Assembly: GCA_902776735.1 (NCBI GenBank)
Contig: CACYRE010000001.1
Span: 1 to 46,394, forward strand
DNA length: 46,394 nucleotides
DNA from: an uncultured Erysipelotrichaceae bacterium
GTDB lineage: Bacteria; Bacillota_I; Bacilli_A; RF39; UBA660
Direction of reading: 5' to 3'
Positions 1-10,206 of the stretch are shown piece after piece. Under the pieces are notes generated by a model. It searched no databases, was not told the DNA's origin, and worked only from the letters and a program-made list of their open reading frames with translations. The position numbers and the translations under genes were made by a program. Position 1 is the first letter of the stretch. The number at the start of each line of letters is the position of its first letter.

Positions 1-1091
1 AATGTAGACCTGTCTTCATCAGTTAAATCTACAGTTAAACTATTTACTAAAGATAGAGTTCCTCTAGTTACACCTGCTGGAGCTCCCCATTTTGTACTAA
101 CATCAGTTTTAGCATAAGTAGCTAATACAGCCATACAAGCTGGTATTCTTTGAAGATTTCCTTCATTATTATAAAAATCATTATAATAAACATCTGGGAA
201 ATATACTGCTAAACTTCCTCTATTGCTCTTAGAATAATTTGTAACCGCTGTAATAGCTTCATTTACTGTATTAGTAGGAATTGAAGTTAATACTATATAG
301 TTATTTTTTAATCCAAGACTTGTTGCATAATTTACTATCTCATAATTTGTATATTCAGGAATAACTAATACATCTATATCAGCATCTGGTAAATCATATT
401 TATCTAAAATTGTTTTTACACCAGAATTATCAACAGCTGTAGTATTACCACTATTTCCACTTGCAATATAAAAACTAAATCCATTAGTAAATTGAGCTAC
501 TGATGGAACTGGGTCAGATGCTGTTTTATCAGTAAATTCATTTGTTAATGTTATACCTAATTTAGCAGCATTTATTGAAGTAATTAGTTTCTCTAATGCA
601 GCTTCTAGAATAACTGCTGTTGCAGTGTCTGCTGTGTAATCTTCTTTAACTGATATAGTATTTTTTCCTGTGATAGATGAAACGTCTAACCATAATTTAT
701 GAGCTGTTCCATCATATACTAATTTTATTTCTTTTCCATTAAATAAATCTGTTTTATAATCAGTTTTTACAGAGATTAAATCAATAGTATCATCAGAACT
801 TGTAAATGATAATTTTCCTGTACCAATAGCAGCTTCACTTTCATTTGCTATTCTTGTAACTAAAACATAAGAATATGTCCTTAAATATAGTTGAAGTGCA
901 TAAGCTGATGGAACTGTATAATCAGATTCTCCAAATATTGCTTTAAATTGAGATTCACTTGTTATAGTTTCTATAGTTCCAATAGGTCCAGATTTAGTTT
1001 TTAAAACAACAGCTGGAACAAATGGTACAGTATTACTAGAAGCTAATAAAGTCTCTTCTCCTACATTGACATTTACTCTTGGTAAAGACAT
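1..1091 (-). CDS. Tail sheath protein (3'-truncated by window edge)
   Basis: Not in the ORF track. Manual translation from ATG at 1091 (RBS GGAGG) gives MSLPRVNVNVGEET...KSGPIGTIETITSESQFKAIFG...VLVTRI...LAVYFPDV...IPAC...WGAPAGVTRG, motifs typical of contractile sheath (gp18-like) proteins. The frame is open to the window start. Confidence 0.9.
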   Translation of the reverse strand, partial: MSLPRVNVNVGEETLLASSNTVPFVPAVVLKTKSGPIGTIETITSESQFKAIFGESDYTVPSAYALQLYLRTYSYVLVTRIANESEAAIGTGKLSFTSSDDTIDLISVKTDYKTDLFNGKEIKLVYDGTAHKLWLDVSSITGKNTISVKEDYTADTATAVILEAALEKLITSINAAKLGITLTNEFTDKTASDPVPSVAQFTNGFSFYIASGNSGNTTAVDNSGVKTILDKYDLPDADIDVLVIPEYTNYEIVNYATSLGLKNNYIVLTSIPTNTVNEAITAVTNYSKSNRGSLAVYFPDVYYNDFYNNEGNLQRIPACMAVLATYAKTDVSTKWGAPAGVTRGTLSLVNSLTVDLTDEDRST

Positions 1092-1105
1092 AATTTGTTA
1101 CCTCC

Positions 1106-1720
1106 TTATTTTAATTCTTCAATCTCTATTTTTGGTTTAATTACTGTGAAATAATTTTCACTTCTTACAATAGCACCTTGTAGTTCTATTCCACAAGTGT
1201 ACCTATACATTTTACCATTATTTACATAAGAGGTTAAATCAGAATTATCTATAATATTATCATCTATTTCAAAGCTAAATGCTAAATGCTCGCCATTATA
1301 TTCTAAGTCTACTTGTTGATTTTGATATAACCAAAATAATAATTCTTGCATTACCTCTTCAGCTTCTATTCTAGAAGTAGCCCAAACTTCTATTTGGTAA
1401 CTCATTATTATATATAGAAATTCAGCATTTTTTGCTAACCTCTTATTTACCCCTTTTAAACTTCCGTCTTCATTATAAATTGGAAGAGGATTTTGATAGT
1501 CTAATCCAAAGTGGTATGCAGGCATACCACTATTCTTTCTATCTATATAAATTGTATTTGCAGGATAAAAACTAATAAATGGAAATTTAAGATTATTTTT
1601 AGTTTGTTTAGTAGCATAAGCAAAAGCAGTATCTATAGGTTCCATTATTACATCTCCATTAAAGCATTCTTTTAATAAAGCTTTTAATGCTTCACCATAT
1701 TTTGTAAAAGATGTATTCAT
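1106..1720 (-). CDS. Putative tail completion/terminator (gp15-like) protein
   Basis: LKFPFISF...YQIEVWATSRIEAEEVMQELLFWL pattern; lies directly upstream of the sheath gene. Confidence 0.6.
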   Translation of the reverse strand: MNTSFTKYGEALKALLKECFNGDVIMEPIDTAFAYATKQTKNNLKFPFISFYPANTIYIDRKNSGMPAYHFGLDYQNPLPIYNEDGSLKGVNKRLAKNAEFLYIIMSYQIEVWATSRIEAEEVMQELLFWLYQNQQVDLEYNGEHLAFSFEIDDNIIDNSDLTSYVNNGKMYRYTCGIELQGAIVRSENYFTVIKPKIEIEELK

Positions 1721-1725
1721 TAGTT

Positions 1726-2061
1726 CTATCTCCTTTCTCTTAATATTTTATATAATAAATTCTTTGATATAGACATTAAATGTATTGGTTTTACATCTTG
1801 ACCTCCATATTCTAAATATCTTAATATCATTGAATGTTTACCATGTTCTGGTGTAATTAAAAAACCATCTCTAGTTAGAGTTATAGTTCTTATTAATCTT
1901 TTTATATCTTCTAAAGATAAATCAAATTTTTCTTGAAATTGTTTTAATCCTAAAGATTGATTTTTATATAATTTCTCTAAATAAGTATCAAATATACTAA
2001 TATAGACATTTCTTATAGTACCAGCACCCTGATTAAAATCCTTACAATCAATCAGTTTCAT
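1726..2061 (-). CDS. Hypothetical virion/neck-region protein
   Basis: 111-aa ORF tightly coupled in the structural operon; RYLEYGG motif resembles phage neck/morphogenesis proteins. Confidence 0.45.
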   Translation of the reverse strand: MKLIDCKDFNQGAGTIRNVYISIFDTYLEKLYKNQSLGLKQFQEKFDLSLEDIKRLIRTITLTRDGFLITPEHGKHSMILRYLEYGGQDVKPIHLMSISKNLLYKILRERR

Positions 2062-2614
2062 TAATTAAATCATCTACTCCAATAATTTTTCTATTAAAAT
2101 ATCTATTCTCATTAGTTGGGTCTTTTGGTGTAGGTACAGGATTTACTGGTTCTAATTGTTTTCTATGCGGAGCTAAATTACATATAAACATTGCTAAGTC
2201 ATAATCAGTTGATACTCTTACTATATCAAATTTATTTGTCTCAAATGATTTTCCATCATGAGGGTCATTTCTTACAGATATTTCAAGTATAGCACCTTCA
2301 GATGGATTTATAGGATTATCTTCTTTATCTTTAAAAGTTAAATAACATAAAATAGGTTTACTTTCTGAATCTTCAGTATACCAACCATATTTTAATAAAA
2401 CACTTTTTCTAGGATTTTCTACTAAATAATAAGATACTTCTACAGGTGATTTCCAAGTATAATATTCATCAGTATTTATTTGAGTTACATTATCTACTTC
2501 ATATAAATACCCTGAACGACCTTGTAAATTAGCACCTTCTACAAAATTTTTTCTATACATTTCTATTTCTCTAAAAGATGGATATAAAGTTCCTCTAGGT
2601 TTTTTAGTAGACAT
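2048..2614 (-). CDS. Putative head-closure/neck protein (gp14-like)
   Basis: RBS AGGAGG; size and position between head and tail genes; LLKYGW...EGAILEI pattern. Confidence 0.5.
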   Translation of the reverse strand: MSTKKPRGTLYPSFREIEMYRKNFVEGANLQGRSGYLYEVDNVTQINTDEYYTWKSPVEVSYYLVENPRKSVLLKYGWYTEDSESKPILCYLTFKDKEDNPINPSEGAILEISVRNDPHDGKSFETNKFDIVRVSTDYDLAMFICNLAPHRKQLEPVNPVPTPKDPTNENRYFNRKIIGVDDLINETD

Positions 2615-2629
2615 AGTAACCTCCTTTAA

Positions 2630-3799
2630 TTAATCACTCCAATTTCCATTCATACTTCTTAATTCCATAGACATTCTTTGTTCAGGTGTTACATCAATTT
2701 GAGCATTTAGTCTATTAGCAGCTTCATCAGCTTTATCATTTCTTTCATTCCAATCTGTTATATCAGCATATTCTCTTTCATAATCTTTATTTGTTTTATA
2801 ATATCCTGTCTCACCTTTTTTAATTATGATTATAGAACAATCTGTTGGTAAAACTCCATAACACATATCAGGTAATTCTGATACAGGAACTAAAGCTTCT
2901 TTTAAGGATTTAACACAAGATTCATCATATTCTTTTAAACAATTTAAACTTCCTTCATCTAATGACTCATACCATTTATCTAAATATTCAGTATTATCTA
3001 TTGCATTCATTAAATCTGTCCAAAAAGAATCTTCCATTCCATCATTTTTATATGACTGATAAAGCTCTTTTAATTTATCTTCATAATCTATAGCTCCACC
3101 TTCTTTTAATATTTCTTCTGACTCATTCTTTTTAGCTCTTACTCTAGATAAAATTTCTTTTCTTTCATTCTCTGAATCTTTAGCTTCTTTTTCATATTTA
3201 TCAATATATTTCTTTTCTCTATCTAAATCGTCTTGAGCTTTTTTAACTTTATCTTCATAATATCCTAAATCTTTTCTACTATTATTTGCCCATCTTGTTT
3301 TTTCATCTCTATTTTTTACTGCATTTTTATAGTCATTAACATTTTTAGAAATTGATTTATAATTAGGTTTATCCCACGCATTTTGATGTTTTGAATAAGC
3401 ATCAAATTCTTCAGCATCTACAGAAACTGAGTTATCTTTTTTTCCTACAACAGCTCTACTTGGTATATCTTTACCTTTACCAGCAAAATTAGAATAAACT
3501 GATACTTTTCCTTTATATGGTCTTTCAGAATCTAATTTACCTTTAAAATCAACTTTCTTTTTCTCATCTTTATTATACATTTCTGGAGATACTGATTTTC
3601 CAGTTTTAGTATTTTTAATATTATAAACTTTTCCATCATATTCTTTAGTTTCATATCCAGCAGCTTTAATTTTATCTCTATTCTTTCCTAAATTAGGATT
3701 AGCAATAGCTTTATTGATTTCAATATTATTTTTATTAATCTTCTCGTTTAATGAAGATTCATTTAATTTATTTAAAATATCAACTGTACTTTTATTCAT
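2630..3799 (-). CDS. Hypothetical head-internal/core protein
   Basis: RBS AGGAGG; K/E/D-rich coiled-coil; several (L/I)xE motifs (LNES, LNEK, LKEG, LDEG, LKEA) of the kind cleaved by gp21-like proteases. Confidence 0.5.
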   Translation of the reverse strand: MNKSTVDILNKLNESSLNEKINKNNIEINKAIANPNLGKNRDKIKAAGYETKEYDGKVYNIKNTKTGKSVSPEMYNKDEKKKVDFKGKLDSERPYKGKVSVYSNFAGKGKDIPSRAVVGKKDNSVSVDAEEFDAYSKHQNAWDKPNYKSISKNVNDYKNAVKNRDEKTRWANNSRKDLGYYEDKVKKAQDDLDREKKYIDKYEKEAKDSENERKEILSRVRAKKNESEEILKEGGAIDYEDKLKELYQSYKNDGMEDSFWTDLMNAIDNTEYLDKWYESLDEGSLNCLKEYDESCVKSLKEALVPVSELPDMCYGVLPTDCSIIIIKKGETGYYKTNKDYEREYADITDWNERNDKADEAANRLNAQIDVTPEQRMSMELRSMNGNWSD

Positions 3800-3819
3800 T
3801 ATTATCCTCCTATATTATT

Positions 3820-4473
3820 TTATAATACAAATATTTCTCCCAACAATTGAGCTTCTAAATTAGCTTTTTCAGACGCTGCTTCAGATAATAATTGTGCTGA
3901 ATCTAATGTGTATGGACTTCCTTCAACATTAAATTTTCCTCTTATTCTTCCTAGCATTTCTTTAGTTAAAGCTAAGCAATATTCTTTAACCCAAGAATAA
4001 TACATTGAAGTATCTTCTACATCTGAAACAACTGTTGGTCTTACTAACATTTCTATAAGTACACTATCATTATAATCATCTAAATAAAGTGTATCACCTA
4101 TAAGTTTATAATTCATACCTGTTTGATACTTAAGTTCATCCCATAGCATTTTATAAGACGTATATGAAATAATTCTTTGTATCATATTTGTATCAAATAA
4201 TATAACTCCTGTACCTCCAAAAGCATATTCTTGAACAGACATTAGTTCATTATTACTAGTATTATAAACTTTTTCTATAGTTAGAGGATGATGATTAGAT
4301 AAATCTATAACTTTACCAGATGCTTGAACAAATCTTTTTCCTTCATAATAAGGAGCTAATTTATCTAAAGTCATTGTAATTAGTTGCTGTATATCTTTCT
4401 TTTCTACCTCAACATCTACCCATGAAACACCTAACTGAGTTTTCACATATTTTAAGACATCTGCTTCAGTCAT
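3820..4473 (-). CDS. Neck / head-tail adaptor (gp13-like)
   Basis: YVKTQLG..VDVEV...WVKEYCLALTKEMLGRIRGKF...TLDSAQLLSEA..EKANLE is the typical gp13/adaptor signature. Confidence 0.8.
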   Translation of the reverse strand: MTEADVLKYVKTQLGVSWVDVEVEKKDIQQLITMTLDKLAPYYEGKRFVQASGKVIDLSNHHPLTIEKVYNTSNNELMSVQEYAFGGTGVILFDTNMIQRIISYTSYKMLWDELKYQTGMNYKLIGDTLYLDDYNDSVLIEMLVRPTVVSDVEDTSMYYSWVKEYCLALTKEMLGRIRGKFNVEGSPYTLDSAQLLSEAASEKANLEAQLLGEIFVL

Positions 4474-4483
4474 AATTTACCTC

Positions 4484-5008
4484 CTATTTAGATTTTTTTC
4501 TAGATGTTTTTCTAGTACTCTTTTTAACTGTTTTTGTTACTTTATCTTTTAAAGTCTCTTTTGGTTCTTCTGATTTTTTTGGTTCAACTGATTCTTCGAC
4601 TTTTTTATTTTCATCTGAATTAGGTTCAACTGGTTCTTTTGGTTCAACTGGTTCTTTTGGTTCTTCTGGTTCATCTATAATAGGACCGCTAGACTTAATC
4701 ATTTCAGCTTTTAAATCAGCCATAGTCTTAATAATACCAGATTCATATTTAGGTTGCATACGAGGAGCAACTGTATTATTTAAAGTAGTTAAATCTATTA
4801 CCTTATAACATCCATCAGATTTTCCATTAAGCTTATGTTCTAACAATAAAGGTTTTAATTGTCTTAATGTTTCAACTCCGTTAACATCTAATCCTTTAAC
4901 AAATATATTTCTTCCAGAATAAATAGTTAATTCACCATATCTAGGAAGATGGAAAGTAAAACTACCTTCACCTTTAAATGAAAGAACAGCATTGTATAAA
5001 TTTTCCAT
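4484..5008 (-). CDS. Hypothetical protein with EPKEPV repeats and basic C-terminal tail
   Basis: RBS AAGGAGG; low-complexity P/E/K linker; KKSTRKTSRKKSK tail. Confidence 0.6.
   Translation of the reverse strand: MENLYNAVLSFKGEGSFTFHLPRYGELTIYSGRNIFVKGLDVNGVETLRQLKPLLLEHKLNGKSDGCYKVIDLTTLNNTVAPRMQPKYESGIIKTMADLKAEMIKSSGPIIDEPEEPKEPVEPKEPVEPNSDENKKVEESVEPKKSEEPKETLKDKVTKTVKKSTRKTSRKKSK
4623..4672. repeat. 18-bp intragenic tandem repeat (GGTTCAACTGGTTCTTTT), about 2.7 copies
   Basis: Seen directly; encodes EPKEPV repeats. Confidence 0.8.
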
Positions 5009-5075
5009 TTAATTTTCCTCCTTCTTTAATTTTAATGGATTTAACTCCTAATAAAATATATAAAAAGTTAACAAA

Positions 5076-5105
5076 TAAAAAGAACCGATATTACTATCAG
5101 TTCTT
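5076..5105 (-). terminator. Rho-independent terminator after the Hef-like gene
   Basis: AAGAACTGATA-GTAA-TATCGGTTCTT hairpin followed by T-tract on the minus strand. Confidence 0.75.
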
Positions 5106-5116
5106 AAGATAATAAA

Positions 5117-6463
5117 TTATATATTTTTCCATATATAAGTTGATTGACCACTATCATATATTTCAACAAATCCATATTCTTTCATTAATTCTTCGTTAGA
5201 AGTACCTTTACCATAATTCATATTGAATAATTGGTCAAATCCTCTTTGTCTTAATAAATTATCAGTTATATGTCTTTCTCCATTAAACCAATGTTTACTA
5301 GGTCCTCCAAAATCTTTTAATTCAAAACCTAAAAATTTATATATATTACCATCAAATTTACTATTATCACAATATGATATAATAGATTTAGGCTGATATA
5401 CTTTTATAAAATATTTAAATAATCTACTAGCTCCACCTATTACTTTATAATTAGATTTAGTGCATAATCTTAATAGTTCATAATTATATTTCTTATTATA
5501 CCTAGGTTTACCAAAAGTCATAATTTCAACTAATTCATCTTTATAATATAGACCTAATCTAATATCCTGACCTTTACAAGTATTTTGTAAATGATATTTA
5601 TTTAAAAATTCTGCACAATCTTCTAAAGATACATCTTTTATAATACATTTTCTTGCATATATTTTTTCTTTTGGTTTTAAAATTCCAATTATTTTATTTA
5701 TATCATCCCAATCCCATATATGTATACATCTATAGTTATTATCTAAAGCTAATTTAGTTTTTTCTATATGATAATTGTTAGATAAAGCAGGTTTATTATA
5801 ATTATTAAACCAACATGAAACTGTACTATTATGTGTATAAGTTGGATTTATTTCTATCAATATATTAGTATTTAATATATGCAAATCGTATGACTTTCTA
5901 TCTAGTACAAATTCTAGCTCATTTTCTATATTACTATTATTTAATAAATTAGAAAAATTTTTATTTATCTTAGATATAGTATGACCGTTTCTATTACTTA
6001 AAAAATAATATGGAACTCCATATCTTTTCATCATTGTATCCTTAACCTTATTTTTTATTTCCTTAGATTTCATAGGTGAAGATACACCATAATGAATCAT
6101 TAAAGATTCCTTTGATTTATCCAATAAAGCTGGAGAAGTAACACCATATATAGAATATAAAGTTTCAGTATGTTTTTTGCAATTATTATAATTTTCATCA
6201 CCGTATCGTTCTAATTTAGTTTGTTTAGATTTTTTTATAGAACTATCTAATTGATAAGTATTTTCTACTCCATATTTTTCTAATAAAGTATCTTTCCTTT
6301 GTCTTTGAATCTGTTTACTATCTTTATTAAATCCATAATTCTTAATTGCTCTTTGTATAGTTCTAGATGATATTCCCATTAAATCAGCGGTTTCTTGAAT
6401 ATTATAATTTTCTTCAATATAGTATTTATATAATAAATCTCTATTTACTTCTATCTTCTTCAT
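5117..6463 (-). CDS. Hef-like homing endonuclease with N-terminal HTH and K.T..E.YG repeats
   Basis: IYARKC...FLNKYHLQ...LGLYYKDELVEIMTFGKPR...YELLRLC...VIGGASRLFKYF...IISYCD matches the Hef-like family; repeated LEKYGVEN/LERYGDEN/MKRYGVP; free-standing beside the capsid gene. Confidence 0.75.
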   Translation of the reverse strand: MKKIEVNRDLLYKYYIEENYNIQETADLMGISSRTIQRAIKNYGFNKDSKQIQRQRKDTLLEKYGVENTYQLDSSIKKSKQTKLERYGDENYNNCKKHTETLYSIYGVTSPALLDKSKESLMIHYGVSSPMKSKEIKNKVKDTMMKRYGVPYYFLSNRNGHTISKINKNFSNLLNNSNIENELEFVLDRKSYDLHILNTNILIEINPTYTHNSTVSCWFNNYNKPALSNNYHIEKTKLALDNNYRCIHIWDWDDINKIIGILKPKEKIYARKCIIKDVSLEDCAEFLNKYHLQNTCKGQDIRLGLYYKDELVEIMTFGKPRYNKKYNYELLRLCTKSNYKVIGGASRLFKYFIKVYQPKSIISYCDNSKFDGNIYKFLGFELKDFGGPSKHWFNGERHITDNLLRQRGFDQLFNMNYGKGTSNEELMKEYGFVEIYDSGQSTYIWKNI

Positions 6464-6485
6464 AGTTAAAAATCTCCTCTATATA

Positions 6486-6514
6486 ATTATATCATATTTT
6501 TATTAAAATGTAAA
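6486..6514 (-). promoter_or_regulatory. SigmaA-type promoter for the Hef-like gene
   Basis: TTTACA-17 nt-TATAAT with a TG extended -10 element, 23 nt upstream of the ATG. Confidence 0.7.
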
Positions 6515-6542
6515 ATAAAGGTCAGAGAATAAACTCTGACCT
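6511..6542 (-). terminator. Rho-independent terminator after the major capsid gene
   Basis: AGGTCAGAG-TTTATT-CTCTGACCT followed by TTATTTT. Confidence 0.8.
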
Positions 6543-6572
6543 AGTGACACAATTTTAAACTTTAATTTTTAA

Positions 6573-7967
6573 CTATTGATTTACTTCAGTAATTAAACCA
6601 TTACAGAAGAACTCAGGAGCTACTAGTTTCTTTCCATAACTTGTAGCATATCCTTGATGTCCATAGAATGTACTATCAAGAATAAATTGAGTAGCTGTAA
6701 TAGGCATATAAGGAGCATATACATAGCCAGTATCTAATGTTACATCTCCTCTATAAACTATAGTAAATTTATTTGATGGATAATATGGGTTTTTAACAAT
6801 CATAAATCTCTTGTTTAATGTACCCATAATATGTGGTCCAGCAGTATTTAAACTTGGAGCAGCTACGAATTTATCCATTGTTTCAATTATATTAGCAGCA
6901 TTTTCACCAACTATAACTATGTTTGGTGTAACTCTTCTAGTTTTTTGATAAACTTTATTAGCACCAGCTACTAATACTTGATAGAATGATTCATAGTGGT
7001 CATGTTTATTAATACCAAATGGAACAGGCATATTGAATGATACAGACATTGTTGTACCAGAATTTCCTAAATCATTTAGAATTTCACCATCAATCTCAGC
7101 TCTGATTTCATCAGTTGCTGTAGCTTGAAGTAATGTTTGTAGGTCAATATTTTGTGTAGCACTTAAATCAAAAGCTGCATCCATAGAGAATCCAGTTTTT
7201 AATTTTCTTGGTCTAGCTGTAATTGTTACATCAGCTATAATTGTTCTAATAGCTGGAGCATTAACTGGAGCTACTGATAAATCTTGTGAATAACTTACTA
7301 AGTTTTCAGTATTTATAGTTGTTCCAGAACCTAAAGTAACAAGACCTGTTGCATAATCAACAGTACCACCATCTGATAGATTTCCTTGTCCATTATCTGT
7401 AATTTCTACATCAGAAGCATTTTTGAAAGATATAGAACCAGGAACTACTGGTAACCAAGATAATGTGAATGAACCATCAGATACTACAACTTCTTCATCT
7501 TCAATATCTTCTTTAGAATAATTGAAAGCATTAGGTATTTTATCAGCATCTGGACCTACTTGAATATAGTTACTTATATTATCTCCTACAGAAATTCTAC
7601 CTCTGTTGCTATCGTATACATGTTTCATGTAATAAACAACACCAGCTTTTTGTTTTAAAGGTTGTACAGATACAACTTCTTCAGCAACTAATGTAGGCAT
7701 AACAGCTGCAACTAAGTTTAAATATTCATTTTTCTTTGCAATATCAACTACTTGTGTTCCAGCTTCTGTTAATATTTTTGGCGCGTTAGCATCAAAACAT
7801 TTAGAAACGTTTTCTAACATTACTGCTAAAGAAACTTTTCTTTCATTATCTAAACCGTTACCAAAAGCAGCTGATTCTTTCAAAGCTTTATCAACAGCAG
7901 AAATCATTCTGTCATGTCTTTTAACTAAAGCTTCTCCTTCTTTTAAAGCAATTTTATCAACTACCAT
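6573..7967 (-). CDS. Major capsid protein (T4 gp23-like)
   Basis: LAVMLEN, VSVQPL..KAGVVYY, VTITARPRKLK, DL..TQNID, EIRAEIDGEI, DTGYVYAPYMP, YATSYGK are gp23-family motifs; RBS AGGAGG. Confidence 0.95.
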   Translation of the reverse strand: MVVDKIALKEGEALVKRHDRMISAVDKALKESAAFGNGLDNERKVSLAVMLENVSKCFDANAPKILTEAGTQVVDIAKKNEYLNLVAAVMPTLVAEEVVSVQPLKQKAGVVYYMKHVYDSNRGRISVGDNISNYIQVGPDADKIPNAFNYSKEDIEDEEVVVSDGSFTLSWLPVVPGSISFKNASDVEITDNGQGNLSDGGTVDYATGLVTLGSGTTINTENLVSYSQDLSVAPVNAPAIRTIIADVTITARPRKLKTGFSMDAAFDLSATQNIDLQTLLQATATDEIRAEIDGEILNDLGNSGTTMSVSFNMPVPFGINKHDHYESFYQVLVAGANKVYQKTRRVTPNIVIVGENAANIIETMDKFVAAPSLNTAGPHIMGTLNKRFMIVKNPYYPSNKFTIVYRGDVTLDTGYVYAPYMPITATQFILDSTFYGHQGYATSYGKKLVAPEFFCNGLITEVNQ

Positions 7968-8075
7968 TGAAAATTTCCTCCTTTTAAAATTAATAATAGA
8001 ATATACATTCTATATTCTATCTTCTAATTATGTATATAATGAAAGTGTAAAAAATGCTCATTTTTTATGCAAAAA

Positions 8076-8107
8076 TAAAAAATAAGGTAATAAATTATAT
8101 TACCTTA
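8076..8107 (-). terminator. Terminator-like hairpin after the HNH gene
   Basis: TAAGGTAAT...ATTACCTTA stem followed by T-tract. Confidence 0.6.
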
Positions 8108-8143
8108 CTTATAAAAATGTCTTAAATCTTATTCTGGTGAATA

Positions 8144-8608
8144 TTAAAATTCAATGCTGGCTTCATCTTTAATAGCTTCTCTTAAATCTCTTTTCTCTTT
8201 AGCTCTATTATAAGATTTTCTTGCTTGAGTAATAAATTTTTCATAAGACAAATCTTTTGGTTTAGATTCATTAATAGCTTTTTTATCATCTTCTCCCAAT
8301 AAAGCAAATTGTTTTTTATATTCTTGAAAAATTTCATTTAATCTTTTTTGAACTTCTATTGGTTGTTTATGAAACCAAGCATGATTTTCTGCAGATAAAA
8401 TTGCACCATTTTCTTCTGTTGATTTTCCACCATTTCTTTTTTCTAATATATGATGATAAGTTAATTGTTTCATTCTTTTATATTGACCTTTTGAAGTATA
8501 TCTTCTAGGTTCATTATCTAGTCTTAAATGTAATTTATCAATCCAACATTCAGCACCATATTTCGCTATCATTCTATTCTTAATATGTTTATTACTACTC
8601 ATTAACAA
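8144..8608 (-). CDS. HNH endonuclease
   Basis: LTYHHI....GGKSTEENGAILSAENHAWFH HNH motif. Confidence 0.75.
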   Translation of the reverse strand: MLMSSNKHIKNRMIAKYGAECWIDKLHLRLDNEPRRYTSKGQYKRMKQLTYHHILEKRNGGKSTEENGAILSAENHAWFHKQPIEVQKRLNEIFQEYKKQFALLGEDDKKAINESKPKDLSYEKFITQARKSYNRAKEKRDLREAIKDEASIEF

Positions 8609-8617
8609 TACCCTCTA

Positions 8618-9307
8618 TTATAAATTTTCACTTTGTCTAATAAGTTTATCAATTATATCAGTAGAATGTCTTTTTTCTTCTCCTTCAGAAATAAATTTAA
8701 AATCAGTTGTTCCTTTAAGTCTATTTTCTATTGTTCTATAAGAATTTACAATATCTTTAATTTGACTTTCTGTTAAAGTATTAATACCTTCCATTAATTC
8801 AGATTCAACCATAACTGGTCTTGCTGCAGCAACACTTGGTCTAGGAACTAAATCAAATGTAAAAAATTGATAATCATCTGGGTCTACACTTCCATCTGAA
8901 TTAACTGAACCAGCTCCTCTTGAAGATACTCCTATACTAGAACCATATTCAATAAGTTTATTTATGATTTCTCCAGCTGGAGTTGGAAGTAAATCTAATT
9001 CTCCCATAACTGAATCATTTTCTATCCATAATTTATTAATAGCATGAGATACATTATTTAAATCTATTTCAACTCTATCATCAAATGGGTGATTAGATTC
9101 TCCAAATAAACATTTAGATTTAATCATTTCATTTACATATTCTGAATTTATTACTTTCTCCCATAATTCTCTAGGATAAACTCTACCATTTCTATTAGGT
9201 TTAAAATCTGCAACAATTCCTCTTATTCTTTTTAAAATACCTGCTGGTTTTTCTTCAACAGCTTCAAATAAAGAACTTGTTAACTGCTCATTTAATATTT
9301 GTTTCAT
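8618..9307 (-). CDS. Prohead maturation protease (gp21-like)
   Basis: NRNGRVYP, GESNHP, VSHAI, TPAGEI, IGVSSRGAGS, TFDLVPRPS. Confidence 0.95.
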   Translation of the reverse strand: MKQILNEQLTSSLFEAVEEKPAGILKRIRGIVADFKPNRNGRVYPRELWEKVINSEYVNEMIKSKCLFGESNHPFDDRVEIDLNNVSHAINKLWIENDSVMGELDLLPTPAGEIINKLIEYGSSIGVSSRGAGSVNSDGSVDPDDYQFFTFDLVPRPSVAAARPVMVESELMEGINTLTESQIKDIVNSYRTIENRLKGTTDFKFISEGEEKRHSTDIIDKLIRQSENL

Positions 9308-9321
9308 AATAATCTCCTTTC

Positions 9322-10194
9322 TTAAATATTAATATCTAAATCAATATTATCTGAATCATTCTTTAAATCTTCTATATTTATTTCTTCACCATTAGGACCT
9401 GAAGCCCCAATAGATAAAATTCCTTGAACTTTTTCAGCTACTTTAATTATATAATTTTTAGCTCTACTCCATTCAACTTGTTCCTTAATCTTAGGTTTAA
9501 TTCCATTTGTTTCAACAAAGCAATCTTTATCACTAATATAAGTCATATCTATATTTATTACTTTAAATGTAGTATTTTCGGTATTAAATGAAATATTAGC
9601 CATCATCATAGATTCTTTATTATTTATATCTTGTAATTTATCTAAATATAAATCAAAATCATTTGATGCTTCTTTTATAGAATTAGCTGATTCTTCTTCA
9701 GGTGAAATTTCTTCATCAGGTTCTTCTTGATTATTTATTTCAGCTTGTTGTTTTGCTTTTCTTTCTTCTCTTTTCTTTTCAAGTTCAGCTTTCTTTTTAT
9801 CTTCTTCCGCTTTAAGTTTTTCTTCTTTTTCTTTCTTTTCTTTTTCTAAATCTTCTGGTGTTCTATATCCTAGTTCATATAAAGTTGCATAAATTAATCC
9901 AACACATTCATTTATATCATCTAAATTTAAAACTCCTATTTTTGAGCCTCTACCTTTCCAATAAATAGTAGCAAATATAGCATTATCATTTATATAATCT
10001 TTTAATTCAACATGATTACTAGAAATTTCCATTTTTATTCTATCGTCACCTAAATCTCCAGCATAAGTATTTACTGTAGCACTACTATAAACTGGGTCAT
10101 TGTACATTATAAGATTCATAGAAGATTCTCTTAAAGCAGGAAACAATTTATTAACAATATCATTAATAAATTTATCTAATTTTCTTACAGCCAT
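9322..10194 (-). CDS. Hypothetical head protein with charged coiled coil (candidate scaffold/core)
   Basis: EK-rich helix; LRES and IKEA cleavage-like motifs; adjacent to the protease gene. Confidence 0.45.
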   Translation of the reverse strand: MAVRKLDKFINDIVNKLFPALRESSMNLIMYNDPVYSSATVNTYAGDLGDDRIKMEISSNHVELKDYINDNAIFATIYWKGRGSKIGVLNLDDINECVGLIYATLYELGYRTPEDLEKEKKEKEEKLKAEEDKKKAELEKKREERKAKQQAEINNQEEPDEEISPEEESANSIKEASNDFDLYLDKLQDINNKESMMMANISFNTENTTFKVINIDMTYISDKDCFVETNGIKPKIKEQVEWSRAKNYIIKVAEKVQGILSIGASGPNGEEINIEDLKNDSDNIDLDINI

Positions 10195-10206
10195 AATCTA
10201 CACTCC

